Positions 48,001 through 57,824 of a stretch of DNA of 64,000 nucleotides are shown here, piece after piece. The DNA is from an uncultured Acidobacteriaceae bacterium (lineage in GTDB: Bacteria; Acidobacteriota; Terriglobia; Terriglobales; Acidobacteriaceae), in assembly GCA_963824315.1 (NCBI GenBank), contig CAWGOX010000010.1:50308-114307 (forward strand). Reading direction: 5' to 3'. Every line of letters begins with the position of its first letter. The first letter of the stretch is position 1. Made by a program: the position numbers and the translations under genes. The notes beneath the pieces were generated by a model that ran no database searches, was not told the DNA's origin, and worked only from the letters and a program-made list of their open reading frames with translations.

Positions 48001-49950
48001 ATGTCATCCGTTGGTTTCCTGACAAAAGTCAGGCAAAACTTCGTGGTTGGTACAAGCTTAGTTGCTTTGCTTGCCAACATGGGAGCGCCGGTAACCGCCG
48101 CCGCTCAGGAACATCACACCTCAGCCGCAACCGCAGTGACTCCGATTCAGCATGTGATCGTCATCATCGGTGAAAACCGAAGTTTCGATCACGTTTACGG
48201 AACCTATCAACCGGTCGCCGGACAGACTGTCTCCAATTTGCTTTCCAAAGGAATCGTGAACAAATTTGGAGCTCGCGGACCGAATTACGCCTTGGCCGCG
48301 CAGAACAGTGCGCTGGATCTCACCACGTTCTCGATCAGTCCTACACCGAAGCAGGCCTACTCCTCGATCCCTGCGGCACTCGCGGGCGGCAACACTGCTC
48401 CGAGCGACGCCCATCCGGCTCCGTTTGCGACTTTGGCAGTTGCGGAACTCGCCGAGCCAGATCTCTTCGGCAAGTACAACAAATATCTGACCACGGGAGC
48501 CACAGGCCTGGCGCACGGTGCAGTCGACACGCGCATCAAGAACGCTGCCGCTCCTGGAAAGGGTGTGTTCCGTCTCACGCCGCTTAAGTACGACTCGTAC
48601 GCCGCCAGCCCAGTTCATCGCTTCTATCAGATGTGGCAGCAGTTAGATTGCGCCGCGGGGACAGCCACCGCCGATAATCCGAGTGGATGCTTGGCGGACC
48701 TCTTCCCGTGGGTCGAAGTCAGCATTGGCGCTGGCAGCAATGGAAATCCACAACCAAATCCTTTCACTAACGCCACCACCGGTGAAGGTTCCACCGCGAT
48801 GGGAATCTATGATGTGCAGGCCGGCGATGCTCCATACTTCAAATATCTGGCCGATCACTACACGCTCAGCGACAACATGCACCAATCCGTGATGGGCGGC
48901 ACAGGTGCCAACCACGTGATGTTTGGTTACGCGGATGGCATGTACTACAGCGACGGAAAAGGCAACATCGCTGTGCCCCCGAGCAATCAGATCGAAAATC
49001 CGAATCCTCAGCCTGGTACTAACAACTATTACGATCAGGACGGTTACTCGGGTGGTACTTACAGCAACTGTTCCGACCCGACCCAACCTGGTGTTGCCGC
49101 CGTAGAAAACTATCTCGAATCTCTCAGCACTCCGATTAGTCCGCGTTGTGCCGCCGGCGCTTACTACCTTCTGAACAACTACAACCCTGGCTATAACGGG
49201 GACGGTACGTTGACCAGCCAGTATTCGCCGTTCACGATTCCGCCATCCGCGCAGCCGCACATCGGCGATGTGCTCGGAGCAGCCGGCCTTTCTTACACCT
49301 ACTTCGGCGAAGGTTGGAATCTCTACCAGACCGATCCCGCCGGGCAAAATCCGTACAACGCCTATTGCAATATCTGCAATCCGTTCCAGTACGCGACGGA
49401 CATCATGACCAACGTTTTCGCGCGCGAAGCCCACATTCAGGACACCACCACCCTGTATGAGGACATCGATAACGGCAACCTGCCGGCAGTTTCCATCGTG
49501 AAGCCGAGCGGCTTCCTGGATGGACATCCGGCTTCGTCGAAGCTCGACTTGTTTGAAGGATTCGTAAACCGGATCGTCAACCAGGTGCAGGCGTCTTCGG
49601 AGTGGTCGAGCACCGCCATCTTCATCACGTTCGATGAGGGCGGCGGGTACTATGACTCCGGCTACGTTCAGCCGTTGGATTTCTTCGGCGATGGCACCCG
49701 CATACCGTTGCTCATCGTTTCTCCTTATTCCACCGGTGGAGTGGTCAACCACAGCTATGCGGATCACGTCTCTATCATCAAGTTCATCGAACGTAACTGG
49801 GGACTGGGAACGATCGGTCCACACACGCGCGATAACTTCCCCAACCCGATTGTGGGAGCGAATGCCTACGTGCCGACCAACAGTCCAGCATTGGATGACT
49901 TGTTCGACGCGTTCAACTTCGGCAACGATGCGAAGGTCGCCGTCAAGTAG
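48001..49950 (+). CDS. secreted phosphoesterase-family protein (PLC / AcpA acid phosphatase family)
   Basis: GAGGAGAAAA precedes ATG 48001. Signal peptide ending in APVTAAAQ. Family motifs HVIVIIGENRSFDHVYGTY, ITFDEGGGYYD and FGDGTRIPLLIVSPY. Confidence 0.85.
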   Translation: MSSVGFLTKVRQNFVVGTSLVALLANMGAPVTAAAQEHHTSAATAVTPIQHVIVIIGENRSFDHVYGTYQPVAGQTVSNLLSKGIVNKFGARGPNYALAAQNSALDLTTFSISPTPKQAYSSIPAALAGGNTAPSDAHPAPFATLAVAELAEPDLFGKYNKYLTTGATGLAHGAVDTRIKNAAAPGKGVFRLTPLKYDSYAASPVHRFYQMWQQLDCAAGTATADNPSGCLADLFPWVEVSIGAGSNGNPQPNPFTNATTGEGSTAMGIYDVQAGDAPYFKYLADHYTLSDNMHQSVMGGTGANHVMFGYADGMYYSDGKGNIAVPPSNQIENPNPQPGTNNYYDQDGYSGGTYSNCSDPTQPGVAAVENYLESLSTPISPRCAAGAYYLLNNYNPGYNGDGTLTSQYSPFTIPPSAQPHIGDVLGAAGLSYTYFGEGWNLYQTDPAGQNPYNAYCNICNPFQYATDIMTNVFAREAHIQDTTTLYEDIDNGNLPAVSIVKPSGFLDGHPASSKLDLFEGFVNRIVNQVQASSEWSSTAIFITFDEGGGYYDSGYVQPLDFFGDGTRIPLLIVSPYSTGGVVNHSYADHVSIIKFIERNWGLGTIGPHTRDNFPNPIVGANAYVPTNSPALDDLFDAFNFGNDAKVAVK

Positions 49951-50053
49951 ATCCACTCTGTAATGTCCCGGTTTGGACTGGGGCGTGATGCTTCAGTCCA
50001 ACCGGGAATTGTTCGTCGCCAATCAATGCCACATTTCCAAATAGGAGTTTTAC

Positions 50054-50596
50054 GTGATTCAAATCCATCGGTTCAGCTTCGCGCTTGTTGTTGGAACTCT
50101 GATCATGGCAACGGTTTCGTCCGTTTTTGGTGAGAAGTTAGCAGAGGGAAAAGCCGGTACGCCTCAGCAAAAACGAGATTTCGCGGCCGCGTCGCTCAGT
50201 GGCGAGTGGCAAGTCTCATGGCAGGGCCGACTAGGGTCAGAACAATGCGTACTTCGCCTGCAGCAGGATGGCAAGACCCTGACCGGAACTCTGAAGACGC
50301 TGCGTGGCGTTTCCTCAGTGACCGGGACGGTAGATCAGCCAGCGGACGGCAAAGCGGGAGAGAGAGTCTCTTTCGACGTCGAGTTTCAAGGTGCTCGTCC
50401 TTACACGATTCGTTTTACGGGAGACGTGGTTGACGAGACCAAGTGGGTGGGAGTTTCGCGTGCGTCTAGTGTCAACTCGGGCGGCGCATATTTGGGGCAC
50501 GCTGGAGAAATCGTGCAACCCGAGCATCCATGGACGGCGACGCGTGCGGGCAACCAGATCAGTGGCTCTGCGGAACGCCAATCCACTTCACGGTAG
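50054..50596 (+). CDS. secreted hypothetical protein
   Basis: GTG start after AGGAG. Signal peptide FALVVGTLIMATVSSVFG. Beta-rich sequence with no recognised motif. Confidence 0.45.
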   Translation: MIQIHRFSFALVVGTLIMATVSSVFGEKLAEGKAGTPQQKRDFAAASLSGEWQVSWQGRLGSEQCVLRLQQDGKTLTGTLKTLRGVSSVTGTVDQPADGKAGERVSFDVEFQGARPYTIRFTGDVVDETKWVGVSRASSVNSGGAYLGHAGEIVQPEHPWTATRAGNQISGSAERQSTSR

Positions 50597-50657
50597 CGGA
50601 TGGAGATTCGCTTCCTCCATTTTCGGCGTGTGGATTTTTTTTCATCTCCCGTTAACC

Positions 50658-50679
50658 TCCGTGTAACGCTCCGGTAACG
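50658..50679 (+). promoter_or_regulatory. conserved upstream element shared by the two phosphoesterase paralogs (copy 2)
   Basis: TCCGTGTAACGCTCCGGTAACG contains GTAACG direct repeats spaced 11 bp apart and ends 57 nt before ATG 50736. Confidence 0.35.
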
Positions 50680-50735
50680 GCAAAGGATTTACCTAATGAA
50701 GTGCGGTCACTCGCACGTATTTCAGGAGGAAAATC

Positions 50736-52661
50736 ATGCCGTCGATTCATCCCTTGACGAAAGTCAGGCAACACCTTGTGGTGGGCTCAAGCGTATTGGC
50801 TTTGCTTGCCAACATGGTAGCTCCCGCCGCCGCCGCTCAACCCGCCAAGCAAACACCTACCGCATCACCCATCAAGCATGTGATCGTGATCATCGGAGAA
50901 AATCGTAGCTTCGATCACGTCTTCGCGACCTACCAACCCCAGAATGGCGAGACAGTTTCGAACCTGCTCTCGAAGGGAATCATCAAAGCGGACGGCGCTC
51001 CTGGTCCGAACTATTCTCTGTCCGCGCAGTACAGCGCGGTGGACAGCACGACGTATGAAATCAATCCCGGTGGCAAGACGATTTATTCCAACGTTCCACC
51101 GGTAGTTGCTGGTGGTCCGACGACCCCGTATGTGCCCACGATTGCCCTGGCAAAAGAGATCGAGCCAGGCATGTTGGCCAAAGCCTACTACCGTGATCTG
51201 ACGATCGGTGGCACCGGACTGGCTCCATACGTTGTTCCGGACACGCGTCTTCCGAATGTGCTGGACCTGCCGGAAGGTGCATTTCAACTGACTCCTTCGA
51301 TTACGTACAACGACTACGCGAACAGCCCGGTCCATCGCTTTTACCAGATGTGGCAGCAGACTGATTGCAGTGTGGCGACCGCGACAGCATCGAATCCCAG
51401 CGGTTGCTTGAGCGATTTGTTTCCGTGGGTGGAAGTCACCATCGGAGCAGGCAGCGACGGATCCAGCGGATCGACCACTCCTCCGACGGACTACCTCGGC
51501 ACTGGTGAAGGGTCCACTTCGATGGAGTTCTACAACGTCCACCGCGGCGACGCAAAATACTTGAAGAGCTTGGCAGATCAGTACACGCTTAGCGATAACT
51601 TCCACCAATCCGTGATGGGTGGGACCATGGCAAACCACATCGAACTCGGATACGCGGATTCGATCTGGTACAGCGATGGAAAGGGCAATGCTCTTACCCC
51701 GCCGGCCGCACAGATTGAGAACCCGAATCCTCAGCCTGGCACCAACAACTGGTATGACGATGACGGATACAACAGCGGAAGTTACGTTGGATGCGCCGAT
51801 CTCGGGCAGCCAGGGGTTCCTGCTGTGGTCAACTATTTAGAATCGCTGCCGCGCCCGGTTGCTCCGAATTGCGACGCCGGACATTTCTACATTCTGAATA
51901 ACTACAACCCCGGATTTAACGGCGACGGATCGTCGGCGCTGCCGCTCTCTCCGCTCACCATCCCCGGAACTTCAGTGCGCCACATCGGTGATGCATTGAT
52001 GGAGAAGAATATTTCCTGGAAATATTACGGAGACGGTTGGAACGTTTATCTTTCGGATCCTACCTTCCAGAATCCGCTCGACACCTACTGCAACATCTGC
52101 AATCCGTTCCAGTACGCAACGGATATCATGACCAACGCCACTCTTCGCACAGAACATATTCAGGATGCGCAGAACATTTACGAAGACATCAAGGCGGGCG
52201 AATTGCCTTCCGTGTCGATCGTCAAACCGGGCTGGCCATCGGATGGTCACCCAGCGTCCTCGAAGATTGAGCTTTTCGAGGGCTTCTCAAAGAACATCGT
52301 GGATGCTTTGCAGGCAAATCCTGAATTGTGGTCCAGCACCGCGGTATTCATCACCTTCGATGAGGGCGGTGGCTACTACGACTCCGGCTACATTCAGCCT
52401 GTGGATTTCTTTGGCGACGGAACCCGCATTCCTCTATTGATCGTTTCTCCGTACACGACGGGCGGACATGTGAATCACGCTTACTCCGATCACGTCTCCA
52501 TCACGAAATTCATCGAACGGAATTTCAAGCTGGCGCCGCTGACTGGACGTAGCCGCGACAACTTGCCAAATCCAAAGACGGCGGCGAACAATCCGTATGT
52601 ACCGCTGAATAGCCCGGCGATTGACGACCTCTTCGGCGCGTTCAATTTTCCGGGGAAATAA
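50736..52661 (+). CDS. secreted phosphoesterase-family protein (PLC / AcpA family), paralog of 48001-49950
   Basis: AGGAGGAAAA precedes the ATG. HVIVIIGENRSFDHVFATY, ITFDEGGGYYD and FGDGTRIPLLIVSPY. The protein is collinear with the upstream paralog, including the signal-peptide region LTKVRQ..VVG.S.LALLANM. Confidence 0.85.
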   Translation: MPSIHPLTKVRQHLVVGSSVLALLANMVAPAAAAQPAKQTPTASPIKHVIVIIGENRSFDHVFATYQPQNGETVSNLLSKGIIKADGAPGPNYSLSAQYSAVDSTTYEINPGGKTIYSNVPPVVAGGPTTPYVPTIALAKEIEPGMLAKAYYRDLTIGGTGLAPYVVPDTRLPNVLDLPEGAFQLTPSITYNDYANSPVHRFYQMWQQTDCSVATATASNPSGCLSDLFPWVEVTIGAGSDGSSGSTTPPTDYLGTGEGSTSMEFYNVHRGDAKYLKSLADQYTLSDNFHQSVMGGTMANHIELGYADSIWYSDGKGNALTPPAAQIENPNPQPGTNNWYDDDGYNSGSYVGCADLGQPGVPAVVNYLESLPRPVAPNCDAGHFYILNNYNPGFNGDGSSALPLSPLTIPGTSVRHIGDALMEKNISWKYYGDGWNVYLSDPTFQNPLDTYCNICNPFQYATDIMTNATLRTEHIQDAQNIYEDIKAGELPSVSIVKPGWPSDGHPASSKIELFEGFSKNIVDALQANPELWSSTAVFITFDEGGGYYDSGYIQPVDFFGDGTRIPLLIVSPYTTGGHVNHAYSDHVSITKFIERNFKLAPLTGRSRDNLPNPKTAANNPYVPLNSPAIDDLFGAFNFPGK

Positions 52662-52867
52662 GTCATTTAACTAACCGGTGAGTTAAATGGAACCGGCCGG
52701 GATTACTCTCCCGGCCGGCTTCACTTTTGGTGCGCTTTTTAAACGCGCTCCGTCTGACGCGATGGCGAGCCGGTGAAATCCAGAACGAACTTTTCATCAG
52801 ATTTTCATACATCCGCCGCCTCGCCGTGGGGCTTCGGTGCGAAACTTTAAGAAGAGGCGCAAGTCTT

Positions 52868-54625
52868 GTGTTGAATCGTCGAGATCTGCTGCGCATGGGA
52901 TTGTGCGCGAGTGCGGGATTAGTCGCCGTACCTAAGAACGTGCTGGCACAAGCAGTATCCCCATCGTCGGCGATGAACATGCCGGGGATGGGCGCACCCG
53001 CTTCTTCAAGCATGGCCTCGCCGGGGGCCGCGATTCCTCAAATCCCTCCTGTCGCGCTCGCCAGTTACGTCACGCCGTTGGCTGTCCCGCCCGTCATTCG
53101 TCCGCAAAGCGGCAAGTTGGTTCAGATTGCGATGCGTCCTTTTCGACATCAGTCACACCGCGATCTGCCCGCCACTCCTATGTGGGGATACAACGGAATG
53201 TGGCCAGGGCCGACGTTCGAGGTCCGCAAGGGCGAACCGGTTTCCGTGAAGTGGACGAATCAACTTCCCACGAAACACTTTCTCCCGATCGACTACACGG
53301 TCCACGGTTCAGGGCACGAGTTGCCCCAGGTTCGAACTGTGACGCACATTCATGGGGCGCGAGTGATGCCGGAGAGCGATGGCTATCCCGACGCTTGGGT
53401 CACTTCGGACGGGCGAACCGGACTTGTGCGTGCCGCTGACCCATGCCATTACCCAAACGATCAGCGGGCGGCAACGCTTTGGTATCACGATCACGCGATG
53501 GGCATCACGCGTCTCAACGTTTATGCCGGGCTGGCAGGATGTTATCTCATCCGCGACCCGGAAGAAGACGCGCTAAACCTTCCACGTGGAGCTTACGAAA
53601 TTCCACTGCTCATTCAGGATCGCAGTTTCAGCGCCGACGGTGCGTTGCTGTATCCACCGGCTCCGAACGGAACGCATCCGGTGTGGATGCAAGAGTTCTT
53701 CGGCAATGCGATTTGTGTAAATGGGAAAGCGACTCCATTTCTCGAAGTCGAGCCGCGCAAGTATCGCTTCCGAATCATCAATGGATCGAATTCTCGCTTC
53801 TACCACTTCACGATGGCGCCTGCGGATCCTTCGGGCAAGCCTAATGGGAGGCCTGTCGATGCTCCGCCATTCATTCAGATCGGCAGCGACGGCGGCCTGC
53901 TTCCTGCGCCGCTACGCATGCATTATCTGATTGTTTCCCCGGGAGAGCGTTTCGATATCGTCATCGATTTCTCGGAGCACAAGGGCGCGAATCTGGCGAT
54001 CACCAATGATGCTCCCGCTCCGTACGCGCGCGGTGGTGAGGTTGTGCCGACCGACGTGATGCTGTTCAAAGTCACGAAGCCGCTATCGGGGTCGGATACC
54101 AGCGAAGTGCCACAGACACTATCGCCGTTCGTTCCACTCGACGCAGCGCAGGCGGTGCGGGAAAGAGTGCTTGCACTCACTGAGATGGATCGTGCATCCG
54201 ACGGCTACACGATGATCGGATTACTCGACAAGAAGCACTGGGACGATCCAATATCGGAGGATCCGAAAGCTGGTTCCACGGAAATCTGGTCGTTTGCGAA
54301 TACCACAGGCGACGTTCATCCTATGCACCTGCATCTGGTGCAGTTCCAGGTGCTGAATCGCCAGCCGTTTGATACGCAAACATATCTGCAAAGTGGGAAG
54401 CTAAACTTTACCGGCATTCCGATGCCACCGGAATCAAACGAGCGGCCTGCGTGGAAGGACACGATCAAAACGTATTCCGGATACGTAACCCGGGTGATCG
54501 CACGCTTCGATTTGCCTTCAGGAGTTGTTCCGAAGCCCGGCGAAGAGTTCCGCTATGTCTGGCACTGCCATGTGCTGGAGCATGAGGACAATGAGATGAT
54601 GCGTCCGTATAAGATCGTTGGCTAG
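52868..54625 (+). CDS. Tat-exported multicopper oxidase (CotA / bilirubin oxidase-like, three-domain)
   Basis: Twin-arginine NRRDLLRMG. Four copper motifs: HIHGA, WYHDHA, HPMHLHL and WHCHVLEHEDNEMM. The start is placed at GTG 52868 just before the Tat motif; the track start is 52727. Confidence 0.85.
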   Translation: MLNRRDLLRMGLCASAGLVAVPKNVLAQAVSPSSAMNMPGMGAPASSSMASPGAAIPQIPPVALASYVTPLAVPPVIRPQSGKLVQIAMRPFRHQSHRDLPATPMWGYNGMWPGPTFEVRKGEPVSVKWTNQLPTKHFLPIDYTVHGSGHELPQVRTVTHIHGARVMPESDGYPDAWVTSDGRTGLVRAADPCHYPNDQRAATLWYHDHAMGITRLNVYAGLAGCYLIRDPEEDALNLPRGAYEIPLLIQDRSFSADGALLYPPAPNGTHPVWMQEFFGNAICVNGKATPFLEVEPRKYRFRIINGSNSRFYHFTMAPADPSGKPNGRPVDAPPFIQIGSDGGLLPAPLRMHYLIVSPGERFDIVIDFSEHKGANLAITNDAPAPYARGGEVVPTDVMLFKVTKPLSGSDTSEVPQTLSPFVPLDAAQAVRERVLALTEMDRASDGYTMIGLLDKKHWDDPISEDPKAGSTEIWSFANTTGDVHPMHLHLVQFQVLNRQPFDTQTYLQSGKLNFTGIPMPPESNERPAWKDTIKTYSGYVTRVIARFDLPSGVVPKPGEEFRYVWHCHVLEHEDNEMMRPYKIVG

Positions 54626-54648
54626 TGCTGCGGAGTTTAAGTTCAAGA

Positions 54649-54675
54649 AAATTCGTTAGCAATGCTAACGAATTT
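54649..54675. terminator. bidirectional hairpin terminator between the convergent MCO and pilT genes
   Basis: Perfect 12-bp stem AAATTCGTTAGC / GCTAACGAATTT with a 3-nt loop. The A/T-rich flanks give U-runs on both strands. Confidence 0.55.
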
Positions 54676-54693
54676 CTACTGCTGGCTCAGACG

Positions 54694-55965
54694 CTAGCTC
54701 TTCTCCAATAGCGGATCTTCGGCGTCGGCTTCCGCGTCGAGCCTTAAGTCGGACATATCGAGTTGCAGGTTGCCGGGATTGGTCGCATAAGCGAGTCCAG
54801 TCTCCATGTCGATGATGCCTTCGCGGATGAGGCGTTCAATATCGCCATCGAAATGTTGCATGCCTTCCTGTTCGCCGACGCGCATAGCATCCAGCAAGGT
54901 CTTACCTTCGACTTCGCCCTTTTCTACGTATTCGCGGGTACGCAGAGTGCCTTTTAGGATTTCAATCGCTGCCACTCGTCCGCTGCCGTCTTTCCGTGGA
55001 ATCAGACGCTGCGAAATGATGTAGCGGAAACTTTTCGCCAGCCGATTGCGCAAGGTGTGCTGTTCGTTCATCGGAAAAGCTCCGACAATTCTTTCGACTG
55101 TTTTCGAAGCGTCGATCGTATGCAACGTCGATAGGACGAGGTGACCCGTTTCGGCTGCTTCCATCGCGATTTCGATGGTTTCCTTGTCGCGCATTTCGCC
55201 GACCAGAATTACTTTGGGCGCCTGCCGCAATGCCGCTCTCAACGCCAACGCAAAACTCGGGGTATCGCTGTGTAGTTCCCGCTGATGAACGATGCAGCTC
55301 TTATGGCGATGCAGAAACTCAATCGGATCTTCGATGGTCAACACGTGATAAGACTGTTCTTGATTGATCTTGTCGATGATCGCCGCTAGCGTGGATGACT
55401 TTCCCGATCCGGTGGGACCGGTGACGAGTACGATTCCATTGCGCAGCCCGACGATCTTCGCCAATTCAGCCGGCAGATGGAGCGTCTCGAACGCAGGGAC
55501 ATCGCCTGGAATTACGCGCATCACGATGGCAGTCGTACCGCGCTGCATAAAGACATTCACGCGAAATCGATGCGCTCCCGGCAAACTGTAAGACACGTCG
55601 CACGATCCACGTTCTTTGAGGTTTTCGAGGGCGTGCTTGTTGTCGCCAATAAGATCAGCACCAATTCGCTGTGTGTCGTCACTAGTAAGGGCGCGAGCCG
55701 TCCCTGCAGGTGCAAGCTTCCCACTGATTTCAACGAGCGGAGGTTTGCCCGGAGAGAAGAAGAGATCGCTGATTTTCGGCGAGATCTTCAGCATGGCTGT
55801 CAGCAATGCAGGCGTAGAAAATCCAGTAGGAGCCGGAGCCGCAGCCGCAGCGGCACCCGTCGGCATTGCTGGACGGGCGGTAGCGGGAGCGGCAGGAGCT
55901 AATTTTGGGGGCGCAACATTTGCAGGATTCGTGGGAGATGCCATAAGGACAGAGATTTCCTTCAA
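54694..55965 (-). CDS. pilT: type IV pilus retraction ATPase PilT family, with an Ala/Pro-rich N-terminal extension
   Basis: Walker A GPTGSGKSST, the Asp box, ILVGEMRD and GHLVLSTLHT. The first 60 aa or so are low-complexity Ala/Pro. Confidence 0.85.
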   Translation of the reverse strand: MKEISVLMASPTNPANVAPPKLAPAAPATARPAMPTGAAAAAAPAPTGFSTPALLTAMLKISPKISDLFFSPGKPPLVEISGKLAPAGTARALTSDDTQRIGADLIGDNKHALENLKERGSCDVSYSLPGAHRFRVNVFMQRGTTAIVMRVIPGDVPAFETLHLPAELAKIVGLRNGIVLVTGPTGSGKSSTLAAIIDKINQEQSYHVLTIEDPIEFLHRHKSCIVHQRELHSDTPSFALALRAALRQAPKVILVGEMRDKETIEIAMEAAETGHLVLSTLHTIDASKTVERIVGAFPMNEQHTLRNRLAKSFRYIISQRLIPRKDGSGRVAAIEILKGTLRTREYVEKGEVEGKTLLDAMRVGEQEGMQHFDGDIERLIREGIIDMETGLAYATNPGNLQLDMSDLRLDAEADAEDPLLEKS

Positions 55966-56216
55966 AAAATTAACTAAAAAATATAGGAACGATTTGACGA
56001 AAAGGCTTCCCGTGACACTAGGTCTTGCAGGGACTTAACTAGAAGACTACACAGGGATTTGCAGGTGAGAAAGGTTACCGAAGACACCATCGTTTCAATG
56101 CACGACGGTTTCAAGCATGGGCTGTTTCGAGCGGAACGCTTGAAATGTGCAAGCCATCCATCATGCCGCGAACTACCGTGCGGCGAACTGCTGTGCGACG
56201 ATCTCCCGTGGGAAGA

Positions 56217-56822
56217 TCACTGAACGGTCTGCCGCGCTGGGGAGCCGAGTTCCCAAAAATTCTCGTCTTCAACAAGATCCAGGCCCATCAGAAATTCCGC
56301 GATGCCGTTCCTTTTAACCCAGGCGACTTTCGCGAGCGCGCGCAATGGGCTCATCGGCTTTTGGATCCAAATTCTTTCGCCGATGGAAGCAGCGCCGACG
56401 GTCGTGACGCAGGCTCCATGTTTACTAACATTTACTGTACTCGCGAGTTCCTGGTTTCCTGCGACTCCGGTCTCACGATAAAGAATGATCGGCATATTCA
56501 TCGGCACACGAGGACTTCGTTGTGCGCACTTGTACAGCTCCATCGCGGAGAATGACAGTTCGCGCAAGCGATCGCGCTCCTGGGCATCGAGCACCTTCGA
56601 TCGCACCACTAAAGTCGTGGTGGCGCTGATCACTTCCGACAGAAACTTGAGCATGGCGATGCCACGGGGACCTGAGGGGACAATATTCCGCAGGCTCTCG
56701 CGATGTTCTCCGAGTCGTCGCGCGGCAAGCTCATAGAAATGGATGCGGCATAACCCCTTGCCTTCGAGTCCCGCTTCGGCGCGGTTGCTGCAATGAGCCG
56801 TGGTGCACCCAGTCTCCGTCAT
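56217..56822 (-). CDS. PilZ-domain protein with an N-terminal Cys/His cluster
   Basis: ATG 56822 follows GAGGAAG and avoids overlap with the response regulator gene. The N-terminus carries CTTAHC ... CRIH. The C-terminal PilZ-like segment is QRSPRVPMNMPI ... NVSKHGACV; the N-x-S-x-x-G half matches, while the Arg motif is RxxR rather than RxxxR. Confidence 0.55.
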   Translation of the reverse strand: MTETGCTTAHCSNRAEAGLEGKGLCRIHFYELAARRLGEHRESLRNIVPSGPRGIAMLKFLSEVISATTTLVVRSKVLDAQERDRLRELSFSAMELYKCAQRSPRVPMNMPIILYRETGVAGNQELASTVNVSKHGACVTTVGAASIGERIWIQKPMSPLRALAKVAWVKRNGIAEFLMGLDLVEDENFWELGSPARQTVQ

Positions 56823-56875
56823 CTTCCTCGTTCCCAATCGTGCGGTCGTCAATTTGTCGATAGTGTGCAGAGTCT

Positions 56876-57301
56876 TCACTCCGGAAAAATAGCCATCAGC
56901 AATGCTTTCAGCTCTTCCAATCGAAATGGCTTCTGAATGAAGTGACTTCCGGGCGGCTTGTCTTCGTGATCGTCCCACTCCATCAAGTTGATACCTCCCG
57001 ACATGAACACGATGCGCATCGTCGGACGGAAGCTCGCTATTTCAGTGGCTGCGTCCCAACCAGAATGTCCTCGCATTTCGAGATCAGTGAGTAGCAAATC
57101 GATTTTCCCAGGATGCGCTCGTGAGATTCGGATGGCTTCAGCGGCGTCCGATGCTTCGATGACACGAAAGCTCATCGATTGGAGAAAACCACGCAGCATC
57201 TCGCGCAGCATGACCGCATCATCGGCTAACAGCACAGTCTTCGGGGGGCCTAAAGTTCTCGACATCGCGTGGAGGTTAGAACTCAATGTCTCGCTTTCCA
57301 A
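56876..57301 (-). CDS. single-domain response regulator (CheY-like receiver)
   Basis: VLLADDAVMLREML ... IDLLLTDLEMRG ... IVFMSG ... FIQKPF gives a complete acidic pocket, a phospho-acceptor Asp and a conserved Lys. Confidence 0.8.
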   Translation of the reverse strand: MESETLSSNLHAMSRTLGPPKTVLLADDAVMLREMLRGFLQSMSFRVIEASDAAEAIRISRAHPGKIDLLLTDLEMRGHSGWDAATEIASFRPTMRIVFMSGGINLMEWDDHEDKPPGSHFIQKPFRLEELKALLMAIFPE

Positions 57302-57824
57302 TCACGCATACGTTGAGGGTTAGCAACCATTCGGAGACTGACAAGTCCGGTGATTTAACCAATACAAAGTTCGATAAGGAAGGTGCGTTGGGGAAGGGCT
57401 GACTCATGCTCCCATCCAAGTGATGACGAGCTGATTTCGAGACAAAACTAGACACTTTCGCTCCCATTGGTATGACCGCTATGCCACGTCTGGTCAACGA
57501 TTTCGAGTGTTGATGCGTTAGTTGGCCACGTTGAGCAAAGTTCGTCTATCCACTTTGCGAAGACCTGATTCCTTCATTCCCGTTTTCAAATATCTGTAGT
57601 AACTTTTGAGTGCTGATAAAACACGATTCATACGAAAGGCCTTTTCATGTTTTCCGCTTTCCTCGATGTCTTCATACATACTTTTTTTGCAAAACGCCTA
57701 TTTCAGTTCGGGCAACAGCATCTTTCCCATAATCACGACGAGGTCGTTTCTCACTTACAGCAGAAAGTTTGTACTAACTCTTTGAAGACCCCAATGACAC
57801 TTTTCATACAGAGAGGAATTCCCC

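Noticed and set aside
48643-49956. 437-aa ORF antisense to the first phosphoesterase gene, and the similar 257-aa ORF at 50865-51638 antisense to the second
   Set aside because: Both are shadow ORFs. The sense strands carry unmistakable phosphoesterase-family motifs. The antisense translations are Arg/Val/Gly-rich without motifs or ribosome-binding sites.
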